Below, one piece after another: positions 44,679-54,879 of a stretch of 64,000 nucleotides of DNA. Position numbers and translations under genes: made by a program. The notes under the pieces were generated by a model that worked only from the letters and a program-made list of their open reading frames with translations, made no database searches and was not told the origin of the DNA. The stretch comes from a virus (taxonomy: Duplodnaviria; Caudoviricetes). The stretch covers positions 1 through 64,000 of IMG/VR virus record IMGVR_UViG_3300026549_000038. One strand, written 5' to 3'. Numbering within the stretch: position 1 is the first letter of the stretch; each line of letters begins with the position of its first letter.

Positions 44679-47182
44679 CCCATTCTAGTTAATCTGGACA
44701 GCACGGAAGAACCACCATACTGATCCTGTTGATAAGGATTATACATTCCTCCAAAATCATTTACATTAGAAGATTCATCTCCAGGCCAACTTGAAACACC
44801 AGACATATCATATGGGTTATAATATGTAGAATCTTGTTGGATTTGACGGGTGGAGTCAAAGAGTTGTTTCATTATAGTATATTGAAGTGTTTCTTTAACA
44901 AATTCTGTTTGCACGGCAGCCATCATAAGATCGTCATGTCCCCATTCTGCAGAATACTTTCCATTTCCATGATCAGTAAAATTCGAAAGTTCATTCATGA
45001 ACTGACCAGCTTCGAAGATAAAATTCCCGCGTTCATATGACTCTTTAAAGAGAACACAATGTTGACTCTTGTTGCCTGGTGTGATTTTTACACCAGCATG
45101 TACAACTCTTCCTCCGTCAGTACCATATTTAACTAAGCAATGTGGGTCCCAACGCAGGGCTATGAGTTTGTATTTTTCCTGATTTTCGTTTAAGTGTTTC
45201 TCAAACATGTCACCATAAGTATTCTTTTCAAAAGAAAGCAGTGTGTTTTCTAAATTACAGTGTATACATATCAACTCTTGAAGACTTCTAGCACATTCTT
45301 CTCGTTCTGCCGTATTATTCATAAAGTAACCAATCGCCTCAAGTTTAGCAGAACCTGGATCTATCAGTCTAGAAATCAAATAGATAGTACGGTCTTGACC
45401 CAGTTGTTCTGCGAGATCCGACGTGATAACCAAAAACTCATTTCTGAGATTTGAAATATCATAATCTGGGTGCCATCTCCAGTATTCACTATACGAAACG
45501 CCAGGAATCGCTTTTTCAACGAACTCCACGAGCTTGGTTTTATTTGTTTGAAGTATCTTTCTGGAGATCAAAGTGTGTGCACCCAGATCAAAGTCCGTAC
45601 CAAATTGATAATTAAAAGCTTCTTCACCCCCGTAGTTCGCAACTTGTAACTGATGCCAGGCCTCATCACGTTTCTCCCAACAGTGTTTCTCTGGGTTCCA
45701 CTCCGGCACCTGCCACCAGTCAACTTTAAACGGAGCGTATTCATTTTCACCGGCTTCTGCAGCCGTGTAAAGTCTATAGAAAAGATTGTATCCGTTCTGG
45801 GTGGATGTAATCATAAATCTTGCGCGACCAGCGGTGATAACTGGGAACAAATTATTATAAAACTTGTCTATTATATTAGCTGGTACGTTAGAAAATTCAT
45901 CTGCTAAAACACAGTGGAACGTGAAAGAGATACCAGAGTTAATAGTAGTTGCTTCCGCCATGATCCTACATCCATTATCTAACACCACTTCAGCTTCATT
46001 CCACTTGTAAATTCCAGGTTTGAGGAAGTATGGAAGCTCAAGAAAAATCTTTTTTGTCTTGTCAAGAATTTCCACTGCGGTCTTGCGCTTATTACCAAGC
46101 ACCAAAGCATTCTTATCAGTATTAAATAATATATAATGAAGCATAAATATAGCAGATGTGGTTGTGTTGTGTGATACAATATCATTGGAATAATACGATT
46201 GAGATTCGTTCCACACAGTAACATCACACATGCATGTTTTTCTGTTAGTTTTGATCAGTTGTTTAATAGTATCTATTCCGTTCTTTGTGAGAATTTTATC
46301 ACCGACCTTTAAGTCTTTCACATAAACTTCTTGACCATATTCATTGAATAATATATGTTCATCAGCACAGCTCAATTTCAGATTATTGTGCGTTACTAAT
46401 TCATAATGAATAAATGGTTTAGTTTCATGCACATATGCAATTGGAGCCCATCCTTCAGGAGTATCTACGTATATTCCGTTCACTATATGAGAATTTATGA
46501 GTTTTGGTGAATCCTCAGGAACATGACTATCTATAAGTTCAATTATTCTATATAAAGTATTTATAATCTGAGTATATTCTATTCCTTTAAAATTCTCCAT
46601 CGCATACAAAATCTTATATATATTATATTTAATATACCATTTTTTAGATTTGTGAAATAAATTATATATTTCAAATAAAGGAATTTGATATATATTATCC
46701 GTTATGTGATAGTGTTTTTTCCATGATTTTTTTAACTTCGCAACAATCTCAGGTGAAACTCTTACTTTAATACATGATGTGAAGCTGAGACACTTACCTG
46801 ACTGCCTGCACGACAAAAATATACTTAATCTATTTTTCATCAAGTGATTCAAATAATCTTGTTGATAGTCTCGCAAATGTATGTGTTGTATTCCATCAGG
46901 GGTCATCAACTTACAATACTTTTCAGCGAAGTATATTATATCACTGGCACAGTGTTTCCACTCTTCTATTTCTTCGGGTGTGCGATCAAACACAAGATCA
47001 CCCTTTAAGAGTTTAGTATTATATTCATAAAAAGGATTTGCTATGAGTTTACGTCCTTCTTCCAAGCCCTGAAGAGCGAGATTAATTGACTCTGTACTCC
47101 AAACAGCACGCTTTGCAAGAACCCCATCTTTATCCTCTTTAATCGGATTAAATTTAACGATTTTTTTCTGTTTTTGATGCAT
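44675..47182 (-). CDS. terL: Terminase large subunit (T4 gp17-like), intein-containing
   Basis: LRDYQ, RQSGK|TT Walker A split by an intein, LADEF Walker B, ITSTQNG, nuclease D...EKN...HDDL. Confidence 0.95.
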   Translation of the reverse strand: MHQKQKKIVKFNPIKEDKDGVLAKRAVWSTESINLALQGLEEGRKLIANPFYEYNTKLLKGDLVFDRTPEEIEEWKHCASDIIYFAEKYCKLMTPDGIQHIHLRDYQQDYLNHLMKNRLSIFLSCRQSGKCLSFTSCIKVRVSPEIVAKLKKSWKKHYHITDNIYQIPLFEIYNLFHKSKKWYIKYNIYKILYAMENFKGIEYTQIINTLYRIIELIDSHVPEDSPKLINSHIVNGIYVDTPEGWAPIAYVHETKPFIHYELVTHNNLKLSCADEHILFNEYGQEVYVKDLKVGDKILTKNGIDTIKQLIKTNRKTCMCDVTVWNESQSYYSNDIVSHNTTTSAIFMLHYILFNTDKNALVLGNKRKTAVEILDKTKKIFLELPYFLKPGIYKWNEAEVVLDNGCRIMAEATTINSGISFTFHCVLADEFSNVPANIIDKFYNNLFPVITAGRARFMITSTQNGYNLFYRLYTAAEAGENEYAPFKVDWWQVPEWNPEKHCWEKRDEAWHQLQVANYGGEEAFNYQFGTDFDLGAHTLISRKILQTNKTKLVEFVEKAIPGVSYSEYWRWHPDYDISNLRNEFLVITSDLAEQLGQDRTIYLISRLIDPGSAKLEAIGYFMNNTAEREECARSLQELICIHCNLENTLLSFEKNTYGDMFEKHLNENQEKYKLIALRWDPHCLVKYGTDGGRVVHAGVKITPGNKSQHCVLFKESYERGNFIFEAGQFMNELSNFTDHGNGKYSAEWGHDDLMMAAVQTEFVKETLQYTIMKQLFDSTRQIQQDSTYYNPYDMSGVSSWPGDESSNVNDFGGMYNPYQQDQYGGSSVLSRLTRMG
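46166..46792 (-). mobile_element. Mini-intein (209 aa) in the terminase Walker A
   Basis: Starts CLSFTS after GK; block B CADEH; ends DVTV...YYSNDIVSHN followed by +1 Thr; no LAGLIDADG motif. Confidence 0.9.
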
Positions 47183-47268
47183 ATATAAATTATAATTGTT
47201 ATATATAACCTTATTTAATTTTTTACAGATTTATTAAAAGTACCCACCGAACATTTTTTATAAAAAAA

Positions 47269-47727
47269 CTACATCTTTCCTATAGTTTCTTCAGTGAGTA
47301 TTTTAAATTTCAATCCGCGATCTTCGCAGTACTTTTTTGCAGCTTTCCACTTGCTTAAGTTCTTCACCCATTCATTCCAAACCCGCCCATGATTGCATTT
47401 CGGTCTCTGGGTTTGATCTTTTGGCTTGATTTCTACTACGATTCCTTCTCCGTTTTTCATCTTAACCAGATAATCTGGATAATACGTGTGATGTTCTCCA
47501 GTCATTATATTATAATATGGAATCTTTATACATTCGCTACCCCAACCTTCCACACTAGGATTTTTCTCAAGCCAATTGATAAAAGTCAATTCGTATGAAC
47601 TTCTATATATAATAGGTTCTCCACGAAGACTTTCAAAGACTTTTTTACATGACTTTGGATTCACATATCCTTGTTTATACCTTCCGGTTTTAGAAGGTTT
47701 TAACTGTTTTATATTATGACTGGGCAT
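47269..47727 (-). CDS. gp4: T4 gp4-like head completion nuclease (TnsA-like)
   Basis: IIYRSSYE, WGSE..IPY, HTYYPD, VEIKP, N..KWKAA...C...G..FKILTE. Confidence 0.85.
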   Translation of the reverse strand: MPSHNIKQLKPSKTGRYKQGYVNPKSCKKVFESLRGEPIIYRSSYELTFINWLEKNPSVEGWGSECIKIPYYNIMTGEHHTYYPDYLVKMKNGEGIVVEIKPKDQTQRPKCNHGRVWNEWVKNLSKWKAAKKYCEDRGLKFKILTEETIGKM

Positions 47728-47729
47728 AA

Positions 47730-49811
47730 TTATTTAGAATTATTGTTTCCGCTAGCAGACCGAGTATCGGCGTTTGGTTGAGCTCCAGTATTTGTCTGTT
47801 TAACCCTCTTAACCGTAGCACCACGCTCTTGTTCTGCAGAAGCAAAGTAAATACTATATACATCGGTTTCGCCGAAGTATTTCTGCAATATATCTTGTCT
47901 GTCACGAATAGTATCTAAATCTGTTGATGTTAAAAGAGTACGTTCAGAAGTATATGAAAGATCCCAGTCTGTGACAGTATTTTCAGAGTCTTCTGATTTG
48001 GTGTTGCTGCCGTTCGGTGTTTTCTTTTTCGCTTGCTTTGGATCTGCCTGGGTTTCTGTCTGAGTGTTGGTTCCAACAGGAGTCGTCTCAATTGCAGACG
48101 GGATAGTAAAATTCTGACTATTTAAATCGACAAATTTAGAGTCTTCGTATAATACTGGTTTAGTAGTTGTTTTCGTCCTCGCAGCCGCATACATATTAAA
48201 CACCTTTTCAGACATGGATGTATAAATTCTATCATTACCCTTCATGTAAAGAGCTTCTATCTCACGAATATCGCGTCCGCGACCTGGTTTTAACTCGCAT
48301 GTAACTTTGATACCAGTTGGAAACTCATCTAATCCGAGCGGTCCTGTGTGTTCGATCGTTGTGTTTTTAAGAATCATGTTTCCCATAGACATAATTGGAT
48401 GATGAGGATTTCCTATGGTCACATGCCAGAGACCAATCGGAGCTGGGGAGAGAAGTGAGTTTGCAGCTGCACGAACTGGACGGCCAAGTTTATTCAGAGC
48501 ACCACCAATGATCATACCGCCAAGTTGGTTAAGTGCTTGTTTTGCAAGATTGATGAGACCTTGGATTCCTCCACCAGCATTAGCTATCTTCGCTTGTGCC
48601 ATACCAGATAGATTTTGATAGTCTTTTTGCATAGCATCTACAAAATCTGTAAATCCACCGCTGGTCTTAAACACGTTTAAGTTATTAAAGATATTGTTTT
48701 GATGCATACCTGAACCACGATATCCACCACCCCAGAATGTACCTGTGCTATATGTAACATTTAAGATGTTAGATATGAGTTCGAGCATCGCTTGCCTCCC
48801 GTTGATTCCATCATAAGAACGAAGTTCGTATTCGAATGTGAGTTTTACGCTTTGTTCGAATTTGAGGCCCTCATCGCTCCTCATCGCTACAGTTTTAATG
48901 GCATCTATCGGACCATATATTTTATTTTGATCGTGCTGTCCCATAGGATAGTTTCCTTGTGCATCTACTCCGAACATTTTTCCAATATGTGCATTAAACG
49001 CGTTTCCTCCGTGTCCAGAAGTATATGCTTTACGATATGCCGGATCCATAGCTGCAGCTATTGAGTTCAGTATACCAGACCCGCTATCGGCGTTAACACC
49101 TGAATCCTCCCATCTTGCAGTCTTTTCTTGATAAGGCATTGATACCGAATACTTTAACACGTCGCCCATCTCGTTCCCCGGAGTCCCGAGCCAGGTCACC
49201 ATACAACCAATAGATTGCATATTCTGAGATGATATTTCTTTTGCAGTTCTTTGTTTTCCAATACCTTCAGAGGCTATATAATCATCTACTGGAACAGGAA
49301 ACCTTCTTAGAGTGATCATATATGTATTTGGCATCTTTCCGAGGTGCTTACAATACATAAAGTCCGCATATGAATATGTTTCACGGCCTAGTGCACCAGC
49401 TTCGCTTGCTTCAACAAGTTCTTTGATTGAACAACCTGAGTTGATTTTCATCTTCTTACGAATCTCAGGATTTTCCATCAACGGAGCATTAAGACCAATC
49501 CTCCAGTTAGATGCATCTTCATATACCTCTGCTATATTATTTGCATCTCCGAGCAAAACAGCACCATATCGACTAAGCAAACTTCGAACTGCCATTCCGT
49601 GTGCTGAAGTTCTGGTTTCTTTAACTTTATTTCCGTTTACCTCATACTTGACCATGTAAGTATCGTCGTTGGCTTCAAACTTATTCCACATTCTATATGT
49701 GTTCAGCTCATCCTTTACCCGATCCGAGATAAGATATTCGCGATTCCTCTTAACCTTTGATACGATACTAGAATCTGTTATGTTATGTAATTCAAATAAC
49801 TTGTTGTTCAT
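47730..49811 (-). CDS. Putative baseplate/tail structural protein
   Basis: 693 aa in the morphogenesis cluster; ITLRRFP, LTFEYELR, WHVTIGNP..PIMSMGNM..FPT motifs suggest a tube/baseplate-type fold. Confidence 0.5.
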   Translation of the reverse strand: MNNKLFELHNITDSSIVSKVKRNREYLISDRVKDELNTYRMWNKFEANDDTYMVKYEVNGNKVKETRTSAHGMAVRSLLSRYGAVLLGDANNIAEVYEDASNWRIGLNAPLMENPEIRKKMKINSGCSIKELVEASEAGALGRETYSYADFMYCKHLGKMPNTYMITLRRFPVPVDDYIASEGIGKQRTAKEISSQNMQSIGCMVTWLGTPGNEMGDVLKYSVSMPYQEKTARWEDSGVNADSGSGILNSIAAAMDPAYRKAYTSGHGGNAFNAHIGKMFGVDAQGNYPMGQHDQNKIYGPIDAIKTVAMRSDEGLKFEQSVKLTFEYELRSYDGINGRQAMLELISNILNVTYSTGTFWGGGYRGSGMHQNNIFNNLNVFKTSGGFTDFVDAMQKDYQNLSGMAQAKIANAGGGIQGLINLAKQALNQLGGMIIGGALNKLGRPVRAAANSLLSPAPIGLWHVTIGNPHHPIMSMGNMILKNTTIEHTGPLGLDEFPTGIKVTCELKPGRGRDIREIEALYMKGNDRIYTSMSEKVFNMYAAARTKTTTKPVLYEDSKFVDLNSQNFTIPSAIETTPVGTNTQTETQADPKQAKKKTPNGSNTKSEDSENTVTDWDLSYTSERTLLTSTDLDTIRDRQDILQKYFGETDVYSIYFASAEQERGATVKRVKQTNTGAQPNADTRSASGNNNSK

Positions 49812-49896
49812 ACTAAAATAATAATATTATATTTGAATTATGTTCAAAACAATAGTTAACAATAATTATTATAGATTTAATAATAAAATTAATATT

Positions 49897-52800
49897 ATGT
49901 CAGCAAATACAATACAACAGTATTTAGTAGAGCTTCAAAAGCTTACAGATACCAATCTTAGTATCTTAAAAACAATCAACGAATCGTTTTTCACCAAAAA
50001 CGACTATCTCACTGTTCAACTAGAAGACTCTCAATATATTATCCCTTCATATATATCTTTAGAAAATAAGATTAACACCCTCCAGGAAAATTTTCAAAAT
50101 CTTGTAAATTCTCCGAAGACCGGGGAGGCGTACTTTGATTTAAACGGCAATACACAGCAAATAGTTGTACAAGGATTTAACAATACCCCAGCTGCATCCA
50201 CATTTGCTAGTTTGTATAATATTAGTAATAACCAGTTTCAGGTTGAAAACAATGACATTCTCAAAGATTTTCTCACGCCGAACCCGTACCTTCAGTTTGA
50301 TCTGAGCGATATTTCTGATGATATTACTAGTGTAGTTATAAGAAAAGTTGTACCTAGAAACGAAGAGTTAAAAACCACATTTGCAAGTTACATCGAATCC
50401 GGTACCACTGCTGCTAGGGTCTTAGAAGCTGACATAAGAAAAGCAGTAGATGATTACACAAAGGGAACTGACTATGTCATGTATGATAGTATAGTTAAAC
50501 TCCCTGTTCGTAAAGGATCAGGCAGCGCACTTTATGTGATTGAAGAGGTTGTCAGCGATACGATAGACGCCAATTTGGTAGAACATGTTGTTCTCAAACT
50601 TAGAAACAATATAGATAACTCTATATATACAAATACTCTCACATATAAGAAATTTGATGAACTGATTGAAACACCGCTTCAGGTTGGAGACAAGATAGTT
50701 ACATATTCTGAAAACTGTATGATGGAGATTGAATCATTAGATTCTAAAAACAACACAATAGGTGTTAAAGTTCTTAACGAGTCTTATATGAATTTGGCTG
50801 GGAGCACAACAGATGATGTAAATAAGATTTCAGATATTTCGAAACTCAAATTCTATCAAAGCGTAGATGCTGATAGTTATAAAAAAGTTAAAGTCTCACT
50901 AGAAGAGGATCAATATGTGTTCATAGCGATCGCCCCTTTGAACGACAGGCTGAATACCCAAGCAAGTTTCGGTGAAGGACTTGTTATAAACTGCTTTGAT
51001 TTAAAATTGGCTGACACCGACATCAAATTTAAAGACTTTTACGATGCTAATGTGAGAAACGTAGGAGACATACTTTATGAGATTTCTACTATGCTTTCCG
51101 ATACATTTTCCACTCTTAACAACGAACAGATAGCAGAATACCAAGCCATCACACCATCTTTGGGGGCTTCGGACGTTGAAGTCATACAGATCAATCAACA
51201 TCTGGATAATTCAACTACAGTGCAAAACATCAGAAGCCTCTACAGTCAAAAGAAACAGACTCAGGCAGAACTCTCAGAAGTGCAGGAAAAGATTCAATCT
51301 ATTAACGATACAATCACCAACACAAACTTTGATGATACCACAAATATTCGTTCGACACTGACTGGCCAGCTCACAGAGTACAACGCCAGGAGAAACGATT
51401 TAGTGAGCACTCTCACGAACATAGTCAATCAAATTTCTATAGAAGCAAACAACAGCGTTGTCCCGATTGAAAATGCAAAATATAGAATCCGTGGGTTCGT
51501 TCCATATTCAAAATCTGGAGTAGAAAACAAGATAAAAGGTGTGGATATTCAATATCGTTATAAAAACATCGACCAGGCTCACGGCACAGCCAATTCTATA
51601 GGAGAAGATTTTATATTCTCGGATTGGAATGCTTTAGTAAATCCTTTAAGACCGCGTTTGTTATCGATAGATGCTGAGACTGGAGATCGTACATATACAC
51701 TAGAAGTAAATAACGATGCGATCAACGAACCTTCATTCAACCAAATCGATATCCCTATCACTCAAGGTGAAACAGTGGATATAAGGGTAAGATATATATA
51801 CGATTTCGGATATCCGTTTGTTAAATTTACTTCAGCTTGGAGTGATATATTAAACGTAGGATTCCCAGAAGAATACCTCAAAGATGTTCAGATACTCGAT
51901 ATCATAGAAGAAAACAACAATGATATTGAAACCAATAGATTTCAGAACATCATTGATAGTCAAGGAATTACATCTCATATCAATGATAAGGTTGTGGACC
52001 AAGACATTATATATTTCCATAAACCAGAAAGTATAGCTAGCGGATTTTACACTAGCGAGCGTAGGGTGATTCCACTTCGAGATAAGCTCTCTGAGATAGA
52101 CGCCAATATTATAAGTCTGATGGATGAGGTTCGAGGAACTGCCGCTGATGACATTAGCGTAGCTATCCAAAACGGAGATATTGTATTTAACCTTTTCACA
52201 AATCAAGACAATATGATTAGTGTGGCGGCGTATGATTCATTGACAGCTAAGTCAGGTAGGATACTTGACGGAACATATGTTAAGGACAATACTACTGGAA
52301 AAGTATCAACAATACTTAACATAATCCTTTCAAATCCAACGAATCACGTGATTAAATTATATAGTTTGGCTCCTGGAAACGATGAAATTATACTTAATAA
52401 CGCCAGGTCATATAAATTTGATTTGAGAGACTATTATGGTTCATTAAACGGTAGTGTTTTTGATGAAGGAAGTGATTATGGAGTACATACGGTTTCCCCT
52501 GATAATGAAACTCCAAATTTACAAACGATGAATCAGTTTATTGCATTTAGGACAAAAGATAGGTATTTAACTGAAAATTCAATAAGTAATACTGGTCGCC
52601 CATCATATTTCTATAAAATAGGTGGAAGCAGTATATACGAAGATGATTATGTTCTCGCCGGTGACGCATCTCATGTGGTTTTGCCTGGAAGCGATCAGGG
52701 GGCGGCAATGTATCCATATATCAACTCGCTTCATGGTCTGTCTATCGGCAATGTTCAGAATGAAAAAGAAGGAAGAATGACACAGAATAGTATGTACGTG

Positions 52801-53052
52801 CAGATTGCCCCTGGTCAAAGCATCACCATTCCTATCATGTTTGAATATAACATGAATAGTATGACTGATAATAATATTAAACCTTATATGAAAGCTATGA
52901 GTTTTGACCTGAGGACAAGTTTATACCAAGATCCAATCACATATACTTTTATTGTTACTGCAAATAAGAAACCAACCGCTCAAGATACTCTTCAGCAAGC
53001 AAACCGCGACACACAAAGAATGGTTATATATCAACCAACAGTAAACAAATAA
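49897..53052 (+). CDS. Large putative virion structural protein
   Basis: Acidic and beta-rich with a central coiled coil; start at MSANT preferred because a TTATTAT motif lies at 49866. Confidence 0.6.
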   Translation: MSANTIQQYLVELQKLTDTNLSILKTINESFFTKNDYLTVQLEDSQYIIPSYISLENKINTLQENFQNLVNSPKTGEAYFDLNGNTQQIVVQGFNNTPAASTFASLYNISNNQFQVENNDILKDFLTPNPYLQFDLSDISDDITSVVIRKVVPRNEELKTTFASYIESGTTAARVLEADIRKAVDDYTKGTDYVMYDSIVKLPVRKGSGSALYVIEEVVSDTIDANLVEHVVLKLRNNIDNSIYTNTLTYKKFDELIETPLQVGDKIVTYSENCMMEIESLDSKNNTIGVKVLNESYMNLAGSTTDDVNKISDISKLKFYQSVDADSYKKVKVSLEEDQYVFIAIAPLNDRLNTQASFGEGLVINCFDLKLADTDIKFKDFYDANVRNVGDILYEISTMLSDTFSTLNNEQIAEYQAITPSLGASDVEVIQINQHLDNSTTVQNIRSLYSQKKQTQAELSEVQEKIQSINDTITNTNFDDTTNIRSTLTGQLTEYNARRNDLVSTLTNIVNQISIEANNSVVPIENAKYRIRGFVPYSKSGVENKIKGVDIQYRYKNIDQAHGTANSIGEDFIFSDWNALVNPLRPRLLSIDAETGDRTYTLEVNNDAINEPSFNQIDIPITQGETVDIRVRYIYDFGYPFVKFTSAWSDILNVGFPEEYLKDVQILDIIEENNNDIETNRFQNIIDSQGITSHINDKVVDQDIIYFHKPESIASGFYTSERRVIPLRDKLSEIDANIISLMDEVRGTAADDISVAIQNGDIVFNLFTNQDNMISVAAYDSLTAKSGRILDGTYVKDNTTGKVSTILNIILSNPTNHVIKLYSLAPGNDEIILNNARSYKFDLRDYYGSLNGSVFDEGSDYGVHTVSPDNETPNLQTMNQFIAFRTKDRYLTENSISNTGRPSYFYKIGGSSIYEDDYVLAGDASHVVLPGSDQGAAMYPYINSLHGLSIGNVQNEKEGRMTQNSMYVQIAPGQSITIPIMFEYNMNSMTDNNIKPYMKAMSFDLRTSLYQDPITYTFIVTANKKPTAQDTLQQANRDTQRMVIYQPTVNK

Positions 53053-53062
53053 TTGAATCTGC

Positions 53063-53884
53063 ATGAAGGAGAACGTAAAAACCATAGTAGAATCAATACG
53101 AAGAGGAGAGATTGATGTTAACAATCAGTCTCTTTTCTTCAGTATTCTTATCAAAGGTCTGCTCACGAAATTAAACAATGATATTTCTATTCGCCACGGA
53201 AGTGTTCCTGCATTCATTCTTCACACCGGCGATGATACAATGTATCTAAATGTTAAAGGGCAAGACGCTAGTATAGAACCTCAGGAAATTTCAAACGAAA
53301 AATATGTTTACAATAAAATCCCGCGCTGTATAGTTCAGCCAAAATCCATTGACATTCAATCAGATCAAATAACGTCTCCGTATTCTAAAGGCAACCTGCA
53401 GTTAGACCACGGTGGAAATCTTTATACATTAGTTGGAGAAATGCGAAGATATCCTATCAAGATGGGGTTTGACCTTACGTATTATGTAGATAGCTATACA
53501 GATAGTTTGGAGTTGATGCAACAAATTATCTCCAAACTTACTTTTATACAAACGTATAAAATTTCTTATATGGGTCAAACTATCCTTTGTTCATATTCTA
53601 TTCCTACAAACCTTTCAGAGGAGCATTTGATGACATTAGATGGAAACACAACAGAAAGAAAAGATCGTAAGATAAGTATAACTATAGAGGTTGAAACCTC
53701 TTATCCGGTTTGGCAAAATCGAACCATAGTATCGGCCACCCAATGGATATCTAAATTTAACTATGGAGTAGCTGCTGCACCGTCTCAAGAAATTCAAAAA
53801 GCACAAGAGAACATGACTCCTGAATATGAAGGAGGAGACGGGTTGGTTATACACAGTAGAAAAATAAGTAATAGAGATATTTAA
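53063..53884 (+). CDS. T4 gp15-like tail terminator / sheath stabilizer
   Basis: IPRCIVQ...YPIKMGFDLTYYVDSYTDSLELMQQII...IEVETSYP. Confidence 0.65.
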   Translation: MKENVKTIVESIRRGEIDVNNQSLFFSILIKGLLTKLNNDISIRHGSVPAFILHTGDDTMYLNVKGQDASIEPQEISNEKYVYNKIPRCIVQPKSIDIQSDQITSPYSKGNLQLDHGGNLYTLVGEMRRYPIKMGFDLTYYVDSYTDSLELMQQIISKLTFIQTYKISYMGQTILCSYSIPTNLSEEHLMTLDGNTTERKDRKISITIEVETSYPVWQNRTIVSATQWISKFNYGVAAAPSQEIQKAQENMTPEYEGGDGLVIHSRKISNRDI

Positions 53885-53886
53885 TT

Positions 53887-54600
53887 ATGGATTTTGCAGA
53901 AGGAAGAATGAGACCCGGTGTGGTTAGAAAAGTTGAAAACGGGGGAATTATCAAAGCTAGTGTCCCCGGTCTTTTTTCTGTTGAGGATCCACCTGAGAAA
54001 CTTCCTCCTATCAGAATGTTTCCTTGCGGTGTGGCCAATTCCATAACCCAAGTTAAAGAATTAGATGAGGTCTGGGTCTTGAATTTTGAAGATAATCCGG
54101 CCGAACTTTACTGGATTCGTAAAGACGATCAAGAAGATGCAGAAGACAACAGAAAGGCTTTGGATGACACGGACAACGAGAAGATTAAACCAGGAAATGC
54201 AACTGAGGTTATATTTAATAAAAACGATGGCGGACAGCAAGGATCACTATACTTCTCTAAAGAATCTGGAGTAGTTCTTAGAAAAGACGATTCTTATGTA
54301 CAAATCAATAGCAGCGGAGATATAGACATGGGTATTAATTACCCTGCGCGAGACATTAATATAACTCAGGAAGGAATTGTAATTGGTGGAGGTAGCGATG
54401 CATCAAAACCACAACCAGCTGTCCTGGGAGACAACTTAGAGGATACAATCAATGACATAGTTGAGGCGCTTGCCACTATCCAAGGCGCAGCTATGAAGAA
54501 CCCATACACAAAACAGATTGCGTTATGTCTTGCACCTCTGGTAACAAAGCTTCAAAACAAAGCCAATAGTATACTATCGTCTAATGTAAAGATAAGTTAA
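53887..54600 (+). CDS. gp5/gpV-like baseplate spike protein
   Basis: N-terminal OB-fold (GIIKASVPGL...DEVWVLNF), beta-helix-like repeats, AVLGD motif. Confidence 0.6.
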   Translation: MDFAEGRMRPGVVRKVENGGIIKASVPGLFSVEDPPEKLPPIRMFPCGVANSITQVKELDEVWVLNFEDNPAELYWIRKDDQEDAEDNRKALDDTDNEKIKPGNATEVIFNKNDGGQQGSLYFSKESGVVLRKDDSYVQINSSGDIDMGINYPARDINITQEGIVIGGGSDASKPQPAVLGDNLEDTINDIVEALATIQGAAMKNPYTKQIALCLAPLVTKLQNKANSILSSNVKIS

Positions 54601-54614
54601 GTTATTATATATTT

Positions 54615-54869
54615 ATGAACGAAAAGTTAAAAATAGATGACCAGGGAACGTTTTTGGATGAATATAGCGCCTGGGATGAAGCAAAGAATCTTCCATATGA
54701 TTATAAAAAAGAAGGTCTTGTCCAGCACATAATGTCTCCGGCTATAACCAATGCTAAAAATCCAATCACGAAATATATAATAAATGTATATGAAAGTTCA
54801 ATAATTTTCGTGTTTAAGTATATAGACGAGTTAAAGAACTTCAAAAATGTTCATTGGAAAAATAGATAA
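54615..54869 (+). CDS. Hypothetical protein
   Basis: Intact 84-aa ORF ending the operon. Confidence 0.6.
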   Translation: MNEKLKIDDQGTFLDEYSAWDEAKNLPYDYKKEGLVQHIMSPAITNAKNPITKYIINVYESSIIFVFKYIDELKNFKNVHWKNR

Positions 54870-54879
54870 ATCCTAAAAG

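Noticed and set aside
47269-47727. TnsA transposase of a Tn7-like element
   Set aside because: No tnsB/C; its position beside terL and its motifs fit the gp4 head-completion nuclease.
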